From Raillietiella orientalis (Eukaryota), in contig JAYWIR010000018.1 of the NCBI GenBank assembly GCA_036172245.1, forward strand, positions 2,356,001 to 2,420,000: a DNA stretch of 64,000 nucleotides, in the 5' to 3' direction. The translations under genes and the position numbers were made by a program. Below are positions 12,001 to 24,432 of the stretch, in pieces. How positions within the stretch are numbered: the first letter of the stretch is position 1; each line of letters begins with the position of its first letter. Below the pieces are notes generated by a model. It did no database searches. It was not told the origin of the DNA and saw nothing but the letters and a program-made list of their open reading frames with translations.

Positions 12001-15000
12001 CAAGGGAATATTTTTTGATAATGTAGAGGAAAAAATTAATCTTGAATTTTTGATAAATGAAATTAACATTGTAATGGTAACTGGGGGAAAAAAAAGCCCT
12101 GTTTTATAGTATTTCATTTAATTCTATCAGAAATAGTTATCATTGCATTTTGTGTGACATAGATGTATTTAATTAATCGATCATTATTAAATTGTTTCTA
12201 TGTTGATTAGACCTCGCACCGATTCTATAATATTTTTAATAATCGCTTCAAGTAATAATAAGGATATGCTTTGATTTATGGCTACTGTGTCATTATATTA
12301 TTAATTAGAATATTAATAAGTGTATAATATGTTTAGGAAAAATTGAAATGTGGAAAAGATGTAATTTACTTATTGAAACTATTACAAATTAAAGTTCGAA
12401 ACTGAGTAAAGAAGATGAGACAATCTAGTTTGCAGTTTTCAATATTTATGCACCAATACTATACACTGAGATTGTACATAGGAAGAATCACATATTGTAG
12501 GAGTAGAAACTGTAAAGTCACTCGAAAACTGCCATGCCCTAATACATTTGTTTGATGATTAGAGTTTGCTGTTCAACTTTTTTCATGCATGTAAAACTTA
12601 AGAGCCAGCTTAATGGGAGAGCTCTGTTTATAAAAGAGGAATTTCTTCATGGGTAACTCAAACAACATGGCGGAACACGTGCATCGGATGGGATCACGTG
12701 ATCTAATTATGCTTAGGCTGTTCCGTAACTGTTTGTCCTTGACTCCCTTGACGTGATGGATGTGAATTTCAAGAAGGCAGCTCAGCTCAGCTCCCTCAGT
12801 CTCATGATTCGGAGATGGTGGGATGTTTGGATGCGCGTGGAGGAATCGGTCCTGCCGAGAGGCGGAAATGAAATCGTTCGGCGTTATCGCGCACTGCAGA
12901 CAGTTCATGAAGAGCCGATGGGTCCCAACTGCATCGACGAAAAGAAGAAAAGGGAAGGCTCCTGTTCAAGAAAACACGAAGAGTTACGGACTCTTTTTAC
13001 GACCTGCGAGTCGGGAAACTAAAGAATGGGAGCGCTTGCATCTGGAGAGCATTTTCGCCCACCAAACGCCGATGCTCGCGGAGAACAAGTTGACTCTGCA
13101 GCTTTTGGATCCGACGGGTGCATCGGTATTTTATGTCGAGTGTCTGCTTTTGGATCACAGCATCTGATAGTTTGTTTGAGGGCTTCCCTTATCCCGGATC
13201 TTTTGGAAGTCGCAGGAATGGCAGTTTCGCAACACGGTGAGTGCGAATCAGACGCCAGCTGCATCCTCTTGGGGCATTTCCTCCTCCTCTTCGGAAGACC
13301 CGCTCTGCTGAATCGCACCGATATGAAATCAGAACAAGCAGCAGCACGTTCTTTAACGTGTGTGCACATAATTTTATCACATTCTTGCACAGATGGGCCA
13401 TTATGCACAGGTATGCCCTTTTGCGCAATTCCTTGGAACGCTTGGTGTGCCGCGACCTCGCCAACCGGGTCACTCCCTCACGTCTCCCTTTCCCGGCATC
13501 CGCGGACCGATTTCGCTTCCTTGAAGGGGGGAGGGGAAGGGGGTGCCGTCCCGGTGCGCGCTCCCGAAACGCACAACTCGGCCACTTCAGGCAAACGGCG
13601 AGCCGATAAATTTCTCTTCATCGGCCCAATTTCAATTCGATGAGGAATGCCCTCACCGTCCTGCCGCCATTTTTTGGCATTATCTTCAGCTCTCGTGTCT
13701 TTCGCTTCCCTGCTGGGACCCAATCCCTCGCGAAGGGTTCTCCTCCCTAATGCTTCCCGTTCATCCAGAACTTTTTGCGATTATCGATTCTTGAGAACTG
13801 GAGCTGTAAAACTTTTTCCAAGAAGACAGCGCTGCCCGCTGCCCTTCCTGGATGTATCCAGATTCTTTTTTTTTTTCCTTTTCTTTTACTGCGAGCTCTC
13901 GGTGTTGAAAGGGCAATTTTTCGGTGCTGAGATGCAGCTTGCAGGTCGACATCGGACGTGAGAGGAGTCTGCGAAGAATCATACCGATTGCTGTAGGTGT
14001 ACTTGAATGTACGTGCTGTGCGACGCGTTTGCAGACACAGTGTACGCGACTATACTGATTACGAAATCGTTCGTTTCGTACGGAAGCAACAATTTCCGGT
14101 TCGTCCGCTCTCTCCCCGTGAGCGAGTGACCACCAGCAGGATCGAAAACTCCAGATCTCCGTTGTTTGCCCATGTTTTTCCGGTTTCCGAGAAACGGAGG
14201 ACAGCTCACACGCAGCTTCCGAGTCGAATAACCCGGAGAGAGGATTCCTTCAGCATCTGATCCCATCTCGTTCATTCTTCAGCATCCTACCAGTTGGTGA
14301 TTCCAGGGTGGAAAAAAGCTTTCTCGTATCTGCGAGCCTCGAATATCCTTTCGAGGAACCAGCATCCCGTTTGTCTCCAGCCTCCCTCCGTGCGCGGCTG
14401 TAGAAGTCGAAACAAAAAAAAAAATCGCAAAAAGAGCCTTTCTTCAGGCTCTTGGTCTTGATCGCTTTAGGGAATCACCCTGCAGGAAGTGCTTGGTCTG
14501 GGAGTGATCCCCTCAGTGACTGCACGCTCAGCGTGAACAGGAATGTCCTAATGCAGGACGAACAGTTCCGATCAAGGAAGATGTCCAAGAAAATCGGGAG
14601 CAGGCGGCCTCCAACCAACGTATTCCTAGAACCGACTTCACACTACTACTAAATCTGGGAAGCCACTCTTCATAAGAGTAATCATGAAGAGTAATCATTC
14701 CGAAGGACGCAATCATAGAACTCGAGATCCTCAGGAGATGGGTGGACTGCATCATGAGAGATATGGCGTGCTCAAATACACTTCCAGGACGTATACTGGA
14801 GGTGCAGAATAAACCACCATCCGCTTATCTGACCCACCCTCGTGAGACACAGCTCTGTCAGGAGATGAACGAGCCAGGTTGCTTGCGGAGCAGGCCAATG
14901 GATTTTGAATTTACATTTTGGCAATTGATCAATTTAATGTTTAGACCACGTAAAGTTATTCAGGCATCGAAAACAAACGAAATTACAGTATGCCAGAGAT

Positions 15001-17069
15001 GATTCTGCATTTGCTGTATTGTTCTTAGTTTGACTTTGGTCTTTTTGTGCTATATGTTCTATAAAACAAGGATAGACCTTTCCACGATTTTTTGTGTTCA
15101 GTTTGCGGACAATATTCATGGATTGGATATTTGTGGCTATAGTAGTGAGTTTATTAATGCCTCGAAAGACATTAATGAACTCACTCGAAGGCATTGGCCG
15201 TTCACATCTTGGAAGAGTGATCCAGGAATCCTTGAACACTTGGCCGTGCTGAGCATTCCGGAAGGAGCTCAGCATTCTGTAGAGGCTTTCCGCGTCTCTT
15301 ACCCCCCTTACCCCCCTCCTCTGCCAGCTTCCTCACTTTTCCTCTGCTGTCGTTGAAGGACAATTGCCAAGTAATCCAGACGTCTGGGATCGATCTCCCT
15401 CTACAAGCAGAGGACTCTGGGTCACAAAATCAAACCTGCAAGTGTCAGCTAGAAAAGCTGACTCTTGCTTGGACCCATTTAGGCTGTCGACTCCTCTTGG
15501 ATTCCCGGAGCTTCTCTGAAGCCAGGGCATTCAGGAGATATGTTTGGCGGACTTTCCCTAACTTGTGGAGAGTCTCTGTTGACTGGGGCACACACGTTCC
15601 CTGGTCTTCCTTTCACTTTTCCCGTGGTCGACTCCGCGCACTCCTTGACCTCCAAACCAGCACGTGTCCTCTTGGAGCTTCCGAAGCATTAGCATGCTCT
15701 AAATGTCTGTCCGAGAAGAATCATTCTGAAATCTGATTTGTGCCTAGGAGCGAGCTTCCGATTCTGATGGAGCTCCTTCGACGTGCACCGTTGCGCGCCT
15801 CCCTGAGAGATCCCTTGGATTCAAAGATGTCTCGATGATGAGATGAGCAGCTTTCGCGTTCCAAGCAACAGGAAAGAGAAAGGTGCCGCCGACGCGTGAG
15901 AACCAGAAATGACGCACATCACGGTGTGTGCGCACGATGCCAATCTACGCGTCTACGCTCCACACGCATTTATTAGTGAGAGGCGCTTTGCTCCCAGCAG
16001 GGATGTTTCTACATGCGTGTGCGTCTACTCGCTCTCATGCACCGTGCTGATTCCCCGCCTTCCACTTCCACCCCCCACTTTTCGAACATGCAACACACGT
16101 GTGCCACGCGCTTTAATGTGCTAGCACATATTCATGAGTACACACATGGGGCTTTCGACTTGGGCTCGCATTGAGGCATCAGCGCGCGTTCCGCTTCCGC
16201 TTCTCGACCATCGGCAGCCCAGCCTCCAGCGGCTCCGAGGGAGGCCACGGCAGATGAGCTGCTGCTCTCTAGTCAATGGGATGAGAGACTCGGGTGCTCG
16301 CGCACGGCAGGTGTTCTCCATGCACCTCAATGGACTCCTGACGCAGATAGGAGAACGGATCCAGAACATCTCTCCGTTGCGATCCCATCTCTCCGTTCGT
16401 CCCGCTCCCGTTCTCCGACCTGTGTCACTTAGACGACAGCGCGCAGTTCCCGATAGGGTCCTAGCAAGCGTTTATTCAGCCGATCCTTTTTCTAGGTCGG
16501 GTACCTGAAGTCGATGGATGTCTGGAACACAGGGACTATATGTTTCGTCATCGCGGCATTTCTTGAGACACCTATAGCGTACCAGTTTCAGGGAAGCTTT
16601 CCGGAGGTTGAGAGAAATGGAAAGGTGAGACTCGGAGACCCGGAGTTCCAGGGTGTGGTTACAGTAGGGAAGAAAATCCCATGGAGCTCCAGCTGAGCAC
16701 CTCTGTACCTCCAGGGACTTCGGATGAGTTCAAGACTTTCAGTGGGGTTTGCAGGGACGGGCTAACCCTTCTGAGTCTGGAAAGTCTCTTCTCCAGAAAC
16801 GGGAGCACCAGAGGCTCTACATGTTTTACGTTCATCCATTCTTTGTTTCTTTCAAGGTCTACAGGAGGAAGAAGAAAGCTAGGGTTTCTCCAGAGAGCCT
16901 TAGCACCCAGCCGCTTCCCAGGAACTCTGCAAAGGGTATCGATAGATTCTGCAGAATCTGCTTCCCGGCGTTATATATCTTTTTCAACATTATTTACTGG
17001 AGCTTGTACCTGCACCCAGAGAAGCAGCCCATAGAATTCCAGTCAGCTACACCACCACAAGAGAGTTAG
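2925..17069 (+). CDS. Gene A: Cys-loop ligand-gated ion channel subunit (anion-channel clade, pHCl-2/hodor/'insect group I'-like), 8 exons in window, 5'-partial
   Basis: Manual splicing of 2925-3004, 4212-4293, 5080-5218, 8831-8913, 8957-9113, 11464-11668, 16496-16624 and 16857-17069 uses GT-AG introns with compatible phases and gives one open frame. It contains WVEPRF, IWTP, the Cys-loop CQFNLANFPLDTQIC, M1 YFPSLLLVVVSWVSFWL, M2 ARVQLGITTILT, M3 and M4 IDRFCRICFPALYIFFNIIYW. N-glycosylation sequons NRT/NVS/NGS/NFS lie in the extracellular domain. Confidence 0.93.
4212..4293 (+). CDS. Gene A exon (beta2/loop D): SLTMQWNLRLFWVEPRFLKTNRTKEIV
   Basis: ccag| acceptor, G|gtaggt donor; WxDPRL-like motif; 82 nt. 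Confidence 0.9.
5080..5218 (+). CDS. Gene A exon (loops A/E): GEAPAVNLIWTPIVYLINERHSEIMTVTDKNVYVVVQPDNSVFLGFR
   Basis: tgcag| acceptor, AG|gtgagg donor; IWxP and NE motifs; 139 nt. Confidence 0.92.
5255..5345. repeat. Trinucleotide low-complexity tract (CCT)n/(CGT)n
   Basis: Directly visible, just downstream of exon 5080-5218. Confidence 0.8.
8831..8913 (+). CDS. Gene A exon (Cys-loop): MTSILTCQFNLANFPLDTQICSLQLEC
   Basis: ctag| acceptor, T|gtgagt donor; C-x13-C loop with FPxD; 83 nt. Confidence 0.95.
8957..9113 (+). CDS. Gene A exon (loops B/F/C): WNFDTESLILSWNEETNVSAVDVREKMHLVDYLLEDIKWTNGSSYRASLGNFS
   Basis: aag| acceptor after a 43-nt intron, AG|gtgaat donor; 157 nt as in the paralog. 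Confidence 0.9.
10075..10860 (-). mobile_element. Degenerate L1/Tx1-like retroposon 3' fragment (copy A), in a gene A intron
   Basis: The minus-strand frameshifted remnant ...ETESLPHLLMDCVALRTMW... resembles the zf-RVT/CCHC C-terminus of L1/Tx1 ORF2; homologous to 21611-22221, 23300-24075 and 30280-30980. Confidence 0.65.
11464..11668 (+). CDS. Gene A exon (beta10, M1, M2): RLEVHFKLRRKFYSYLLDTYFPSLLLVVVSWVSFWLDIHAIEARVQLGITTILTTITNVTASSIDVTK
   Basis: ttag| acceptor, AAG|gtgagt donor; SWVSFW and RVxLGITT motifs; 205 nt. Confidence 0.95.
16496..16624 (+). CDS. Gene A exon (M3): VGYLKSMDVWNTGTICFVIAAFLETPIAYQFQGSFPEVERNGK
   Basis: tctag| acceptor, AAG|gtgaga donor; VxYxKxxDxW motif. Confidence 0.92.
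16857..17069 (+). CDS. Gene A terminal exon (M4): VYRRKKKARVS...GIDRFCRICFPALYIFFNIIYWSLYLHPEKQPIEFQSATPPQES*
   Basis: Pyrimidine tract plus caag| acceptor in phase 0; IDxxxRxxFP..FNxxYW motif; TAG stop. The acceptor position is slightly less certain than the others. Confidence 0.88.
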   Translation, partial: VYRRKKKARVSPESLSTQPLPRNSAKGIDRFCRICFPALYIFFNIIYWSLYLHPEKQPIEFQSATPPQES

Positions 17070-17163
17070 CCCCTATCGTGAAGATAAGATGAGCAAGAGG
17101 TGATCACTTCGGACATCTGAAAGCCAATGACTGGACCAATCGACTGCACCCAACGCTCGTAGA

Positions 17164-17169
17164 AATAAA
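17164..17169 (+). promoter_or_regulatory. Candidate polyadenylation signal of gene A
   Basis: AATAAA ~95 nt downstream of the stop codon. Confidence 0.45.
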
Positions 17170-20100
17170 ATGTGCGATTCGTGAGCGTTGGATTTTAACC
17201 GGAAATGCAAACTGAAATCTGGGGGAAGCTGAAGGCACCGGTGTCTTTGATGTGGGATGTCCTGTATCTGGAAGGGAAACCGAGCGGCTCGCCATGCGCC
17301 GGCTGAATCCTTCTTTCGTGTTTCGTGCCAAAGCACGTGGAATTGCGAAAGCTACCAAAGAAACGACAGGAACAAACGAGCAAGCAGCTCTAGATGGCCG
17401 CCTACTCTGAGCTTGAGGATTTCAATGTTGCTTATCAAGGATGCACACGATACTCAATTGCTGAACTACCTCGGTCCAACTCTAGCTTAGCGTCCACCTG
17501 GTTGCACGCCAGCGCATCAAGCGGGGTACCATTCTGGAGATGGCCCTCTGAAAGGCGGACCTGTGCCACCTCAGCGCCGCTACGCTATCCAAGGGGGCAT
17601 CGCGCCTACCAGTGCGAGCTCCGTGGTTGATCTCTGTGCAGCCGGATCTGCGGACAGAGTGCCACCCCTACTCCGGAGCCTCAGAACGCAGCCTGGAGCG
17701 AGGCAGGAGGAGAGTAGAAGAAAGGAGTCTGAGAGGGAGAAAAACAGAAAGAGGTGTTGACTTCGACTTTTGCTTGAGTCCAGAAAATACTCTCTCACTG
17801 GGTGTACTCCCAGCTTCAGTTCCTCCCCAGCTACGAGCCTCACAGCTGAGAAGAGTTAAGAGTCTTCACGGAGACCTGGCCACCTTGCCTGCTGTGAAGG
17901 AGCGTACATGAAGAAGGAGTTGCCTTCCCCGAAGACAGCCCACACTTGCTTGTTTTGGAGAGAAGTTTGGAGGGGCTTTTGGTCACTCCTCGCTTCTCTC
18001 CCCCACTCACACAAGACTTCACGACTATTCCTCATCCCTTTCCCGCATGGATGGGATTCCTTGGTTTCCCTCAGCCTTCCTTCCTTGGTCTTCTTCGCCT
18101 TCCTCCTCACGCGGATTTCACGTTCATCTTTGTCCGCGCGACTGCTTGCCTCCACCGATTCGCTGTAGGTCCCTTCCTGGTCTCTGAACCTCCGAAAAAA
18201 CGGAGGCTGGGAGGAAGCTGGGGCGCTCCTCTCATCTTATGTAGTGCTGAGAAAGCAGACGCTCTACTCCAGGATCACCTGGGAAGCCCAAAGAGAAACA
18301 CGGCGAGAGCCTTCCAGAAGAGTGGAAAAGCGCAGCGATCTCTTCCAACGGCACAAGTAGGGAGGCAGGAATGACGGTCCTGGGAACTCGTGGAGCTAAC
18401 TGCGGCGAGAGGAGAGTCCTGGCTTCCTCCCGGCCATCACTCCTCCTTGGACTTTGAGGTGAGGAAGAGCCCCACAACCTTCTTCCTCAGCTCTCTTCTT
18501 GCCCCGCTGGAGGCAAAAAGAGAGATGAGGAAGCTGCGAGGAAGTAGGGAGAAAGCAGACGAAGATGAAGGTCTTCTTGGGAGACGACGAACCCATGCTG
18601 GAAAGCAAAGTCTAGGATCCCTTCTGCTCCCGGTCCCCTTATCCCCGTACCTCATGGAGAGAGCAAGAAGAGAAAGGGAGAAACCTAAGAGCGAGGTGAA
18701 TGCGGCGGCTGCCAAGCGGGACTCCTCACGGCGTGGCATCGGGGGGGAATGGCGCTACTGATGTGATAAGGAAGGAGGCGCTCGGCTGTGACCTGCTTCG
18801 AGGTTCTATCAGGCCAGACCAGAGCGTTCCAGGGAACCATCTGGAGGTAGAACCTTTCCTGCCTTTCTCTGAAGTGCAAGGGAGGTTTCTTCTGGGAGGC
18901 CAGGAGCGGACTTGTCTTCGTCTTCCCTCCTCTTTTCAGGAAGAATCCTTGGAACGCGAGCGGCTGCACAAGCGCGGAACACAACAGTGCGGGAGCGCAG
19001 CTTTCCTTCCTCCCTTCGAAATCCCTGAGAGAGAGACTTCTCGCCGGCTGCATTTCTTCGAGAGCGCTCCTTGAAGATTTAGAACAGCCCCTCCAAGAAG
19101 GTGCTGGTGGCCAAGAGGAGCGAAGGTCGCTGTGATCACTGCCTCCAAGGGGGGAGCTGTGGCAGGAGGAAATGCTGTCGGTAGCAAGTTCAAGTTTGCT
19201 TGGATCGAGTTTTTCCCGAGGGTTCTGGAAACCGGAGCAGACAGGATTTCTTGGGATCAAGAAGATGCTTTTTTTTTCCCCCTGCCTCCACACGATAGCG
19301 GGGGAAAGAAGGGAAATTTGTACGCTACGGCCTGACCTTTTCTGATGTCCGAGACAGCGATCACAGATACCTCTCTCATCCAACTGAGAGATAAGCCAGG
19401 AGTCGTTGCAGCACTTCTTCGTCGACCCTACCCACCACCCCCAAAAACCCACGGAGAAGGGCTGCCATCCGGGACATGCAATCCAGAGAAGGACAGCAGA
19501 GGACTCCAGGCGGTCCCAAGCGGCAATACCGAGCACCCACGGCCGCCACGGGTGCTCTTCCTCACCCCTCCCACTTCCTCTTTGCTGCACTTCACTTCGA
19601 GAGTGACCCGGGGGTGGGAGAGGATGCGACTCCCTCCCCGTTTGGCTCCTGCCTAGCTGCGCGAAGAGGATGAGAACCTTGAACACGTTCCACGAGGGAA
19701 GTAGGGAGAAAGGACGCCCTCACCTCACAGGCTCCCTCGCGGAGAGCGGCGGCAGTAGTGCCTCTGCACGGTGGTGCCGGGATGACGGCTGACACTCGGC
19801 GGATTATGGAGGGAAACAGGCAAAGCCTGCTGGCGCCGGAGACACTGGAGGAGGAGGGCACGAGAATCCCCGGTGGGGAGGCGCTGGGGACTGGGATAAG
19901 GAGGAGAACGATCTTTTAGACAGGTGAGGATGGGTCCCGCAACCGAGGCTTTGCAGAGGTCGTTGTCTCCACGCACCTCTTGAGGTCAGAAAGCCCCGTT
20001 TTGACGAGGAGGTAGCTGTAGGCATCCGTCTTCTGAGGTCTTTCTAGGGTGCAGATCAGGTCCCCTGCCTTCGTTTCGCGCTGAGGAGGGCAAGAGAGGA

Positions 20101-21489
20101 TGGTGTGGCAAGATGGCCTCTCGGGCACCTTCTCGGGCAGCACAGAGGCGGAGAGTAAGTGGTGAAGGACGGGAAGCTGCTTTTCTACGTCTCCTCCAGA
20201 AGCAGACTCTGGGATGAACATCGTATTTTTTTTCTCCGGGTCGGAATGGACGAGAAGAAGAGAATATTTTTCCCTGTCTCCAAGGATGCAGGAAACCGTC
20301 CACTTCGGGGAGAGAAGAGTACAAGCTCGCCAGTAGACAAGCAGAGATCGGGACCCTGGTCTTGGACAAATTCTGAGCCGCCAAGTGCGGCGAACGGAGG
20401 CTGCACATCGAGAAATCCGTGCGCAGGACGCTGCGAGGGAGAAGCAGACTTACGGTCTCTACTCGCCTCGCATGGCGAGACGGAGACGTAGGAAGAAGAA
20501 TGACAGGGAAGGCACGCCCCATTCAGGTGCTCGTTACGGCAGACAAAGCCCTCCTCCGTGGAACGATCTTGGAGTCATCTCTTCCTCCTGGAGGCGACTA
20601 GACCTGCTGGACAGAAGTCTCCTGAGGGCACACGCCAAGGCATGTCACCTTACTGGACCCACGAGCGTCGCCGTGAGGATCCGGTCCGGATTCCCCCAGT
20701 CCACGCTGCGCCAACGAAAACGAGCGTCGGCTCCTTCCCGTTCTCGCCGCGTCCCGTGCCCTGTTGAACGAGCGAGTCCTTTCGGCGCTCCGCTGGCATA
20801 GCCGGAAGGTGAGGAATGGCTGTTGCGGCTGTCGTTTGCAGCTCCCTGCACTCCGTGGGAAAGAGTCTCACTGATGCCTGAAAAGCTGCGCAGCACATCC
20901 ATCCGGTCGTATCCTCCATCCCGTTCATCGCTGCGCGGAGACGCCGGCTCATGGATGGCTCCCGGATGTTCCCGGCTGATCATCCCTCGCGCTCCAATGC
21001 AAGACTCAACGAAGGTTCCCTTCCTCTCGACGAGGACCTCTGGAAAAGATCGGGAAGACGGCGCAGCAGCACCGTCGAACCTGGAGAACCGGGAACTGTT
21101 CTTTTACAGAAAGCGAACGGGAAAGTGAACTACCCCGACCCTGAGGGAAGTGTCAGGACCGTGCCTGAGCTTGCATCTCCCACGGAACACCCCGGTCTGA
21201 GAGGCGGGAAGCGGTAGTTCCAAGGTTCCTTCACCACATGCCTTGCCTGCAGGTTCTTTTTCCGGGTTTTGTATCAGTTCCCCTGCCTCCCTACGCCCCA
21301 GCGTGGGTGGCGACACCACGCAGCCTTGAGAGGAGTTTCACTCTTCTCACGACGGACCACGGAAAGCGAAACTTCGTACGGCTTCCGGAAAACCTCCTGA
21401 AACCGCTCTTTTTCTTCGCCTCTCCTCTTTCCCTTCAGATGAGAAAGAAAGACGGTTCAGAAATGCGCCGTCTTCCTTCCACAGATATC

Positions 21490-22370
21490 AAGCATCGCGA
21501 GTTTGAGTCCCACCCAGCGAAGGATCGACACCTAGAAATGGATGAGTAGTGGTTTCGAGTCCCCGCCACAGGATGACGCTGGTCGGCCTAGGGCTTCGGG
21601 GCAGCACTGGTTGATACCCGATCACTCCAGGGTGTTTATTTATGAAGTAAACATACACGTCTGTGGGAGGACGTTTGATCCTGTCAGTTTCCTTATAAAT
21701 ACGAAAAGGAACCTGCCAGGAACCGACACGTAGGCCAGCAGGTTCGTCTCGGCAGCACAGGGGAAAGGGAGACAAAGAAAAAGAAAAAAATAAAACGAAA
21801 AATGCAGTTAAAGAATGGGGAAAGGGATCACGGTGTGCTGGAGGGTATCCTCTGCATCCTTCTAAAGATGCCGGCAAGTTCTTGTTTCAAGACTCCCAGA
21901 TAGGGCCATCTTAGCGCTGTCCTACATCAAAATAGATGACATCCCTGTCGTCCTAACCTCCTCTGGCGTTGCTGCTCCATGCAGCCACGATCCTGCGTAG
22001 GTGGCCAAGTGCTACTGGGTATGCGGTCTGCCGGCGTGAGGGCGTCGCGCAGGAAGAGGCACTTTGAAACGTCTCTGGCGTTGCCACCGGGGGTTCTAGG
22101 GGTAGCAGCAAAGCGTCGCCAAAGGGGCTGGAGGGCAACACAGTCCACTATGAGGTGCAGGAGGGATTTTCGCTCCCTGCACCTTGCAGTTTGGATCTAC
22201 ACACACCCGTCTCCAATGATGGCACTGGCGGAAAGCCGAAAACTCCGGATGCCCCCGATGACTGGCCAGGAATGGAAACTGACCCTCTTAGGTCCTTGAC
22301 TCCCTTCCATGAATCAAGAAGCCGCTTCCCTCGGGGGTTCTCCTCCGGTCGTGAGGATTTCTTTCCACTA
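21490..22370. mobile_element. Retroposon 5' head (+; 21490-21610, resuming at 22222) interrupted by an antisense 3' fragment of the same family (copy B, -, 21611-22221)
   Basis: Two B-box-like motifs (21499, 21551). The minus-strand MDCVALQPLWRRF...RDVSKCLFLRDALTPA matches copy A. GCACTGG occurs at both junctions. Confidence 0.6.
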
Positions 22371-22576
22371 GGAGTATCGAGATCACCTCCTGGAGCGTGG
22401 ATAGCAGGTGGAACCAAGAGAAGAGAACAAGAATCATGCTCACCATCGAGCGTGAGAACATGGTGTGCCTTCAAGAGACCCACGAGACGGACGACAGTTG
22501 TACTGTAAATTGTTGTATTATTGTTTGTTAAAGTTGTTAAAAAAATTCGCCCCACCGCGAGTTGGACTGGGAAAAA

Positions 22577-24432
22577 CTCCGGTTGTGAAAATGAAACCGT
22601 TCCTTCTCCCCCACCCCTCAGGGGGATCCTCCATCTCGTAACATGGGGGGTAGTGAATTGATACCTCTCCAGAGTATGGAGAAGTGCGCTGGGAGCTCCC
22701 TCGAGAGAAATTGGGAAGCATCTCTTCGGTGTTCCCTTCAGAGAAGGACATAAGGAGCGATCCCTTGCCTGTTCCTCCTGGAGAAGAAATTCCTACTAGC
22801 GGATTCTTTGCAGGTTCCCTCTGGAGAACGGCTGGGGAGCGTCCCCTGCCGGGAGTCCCTCTGGAGACAACCAGGGCGAGGGTTCCCTTCCGGACTTACT
22901 TCCCAGGCGTAAGAGAAACGGACTCTTTCCTTCGGAGTCTTCCTGGATTCATACAGTGGTCCCTCCGGGGTTACCACCTAACTGGAAGAGTCATACGCAC
23001 CCCCGGGTGGCGTGGGCAGCATCAAAGAGTTTCGTGAGTCCTTCCTAAGAAGGTGAACGCTTCTTTAGCACTTGGAGAACCAGAAAAAGCTGGAACGAAA
23101 ACAGCGAAAGAAAAAAGAACCCAAAAGGATTTCCATTGTCAAGAGTCATCCTGACAGAGTAATCCCCGGAAAAGTGGGAATTGACTTGCTGCACAGCAGC
23201 AAAAAAAGTATTGGGGGCGTGGACAACTCGGGAGGTGACGGACGCTGCGGCCTCGAGTGTCCCACCACAAGGAGTATTACTCTGGAAAGAGCTGCTCCGG
23301 AAGAGAAGAAGCGGCCCCCAGAGTGCTGGAACAGTGGACAATAGTGGCGCTCTACCTTCAAGTGGCAGGAGACGGCGTTGCTGTTGTTTCTTGAGGAAAT
23401 CCCATGCAAAGCGCGTCTTCACCACTGGACACGGGGGGAGGGGGAGGGAAGCGTGGAAGCAAGTGTGACAGGTGCAGGAAGAAGGAAAACCCTCCTGCAC
23501 CTGCTGTTCGACTGTGCTGCCCTCCGACCTCTTTAGTATCGCCTCATGACGATCCAAAGGGACCCCGATCGGCAGGGACATTTTCAGATACCTCTTTGTG
23601 CCGTCCTACCAGATACCTGTTCCGCACTGACGCCATCGGCGTCCCTTGCAGTTCTCTGCTGTCTCCACGGGATCACAGCAGCCTGGAACGCCAGAAGAAG
23701 AGGCCGAAGTGGCAGGGACGCCACCCACTGGGAGCGGATCTTCCTAAAGACCACCCTGAGATGGCCCCACCTGGGCAGCAAAAGGACATTTGTCAGCATC
23801 CTGGACAGGATGTAGAGGTTGTCTCCCGGAGTATAGTGATCCCTTCTCCTCCCTCTCCTTCCCAAGAAACATTTCCTCCCTCTTTTTTCTCTTTTTTTTT
23901 GTGTGGTTTTTCCTCCCTCTTCACCGCTGGAGCGGACCTCACCGGTTTAAGTACCGGAGAACGACAAGTCGGACTGACGTGGTGAACAAAGTGTCTCACC
24001 ATATGACAAATATTCTGTGCTTTTATTATTCTACAATAAATGTCCCGGAAAATCCGGGTGATAAACCTGAGCGAGATATGGACAGAACGTGACAGTGACA
24101 GCATCTTGAACAGGATGTCTGGCAGCGTACTGCGATCCCTTCCTCTATCCCCCCCCTCCCCGTGTTTAAAAACATCTCCCCCGTTTTGTTTGTTATTTTG
24201 TGTTTTTGTTTTTCCCTTCCCCCGCGCTGCCAAAGCGGACCTCGCCGGTCTGTGCACCGCTCTTCGGCAGGTTCGTTGCATGTGGCCGAACCAAGGGTTC
24301 TACCACACCAATGTATTCTCATTATTTTGTACAATAAATGCTCCTGGATAAGAAAGTGATAATCATCCTAGACCAAAAGTAACGATCTCCCTTCGAGGTT
24401 GCTACTGGCCTTTGAGGAAGAAAAAAGAAAAA
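22577..24432 (+). mobile_element. Retroposon copy C (body plus 3' end) followed by a second 3'-end fragment (~24100-24432) with a degenerate hairpin and A-rich tail
   Basis: Colinear similarity to 29740-30980; ORF remnant LTPSASLAVLCCLHGITAAWNARR...RWPHLG..SILDRM. Confidence 0.62.

Noticed and set aside
18685..19686. Longest ORF in the window (333 aa, -)
   Set aside because: No recognisable domain or splice context; likely a chance GC-rich ORF or decayed repeat.
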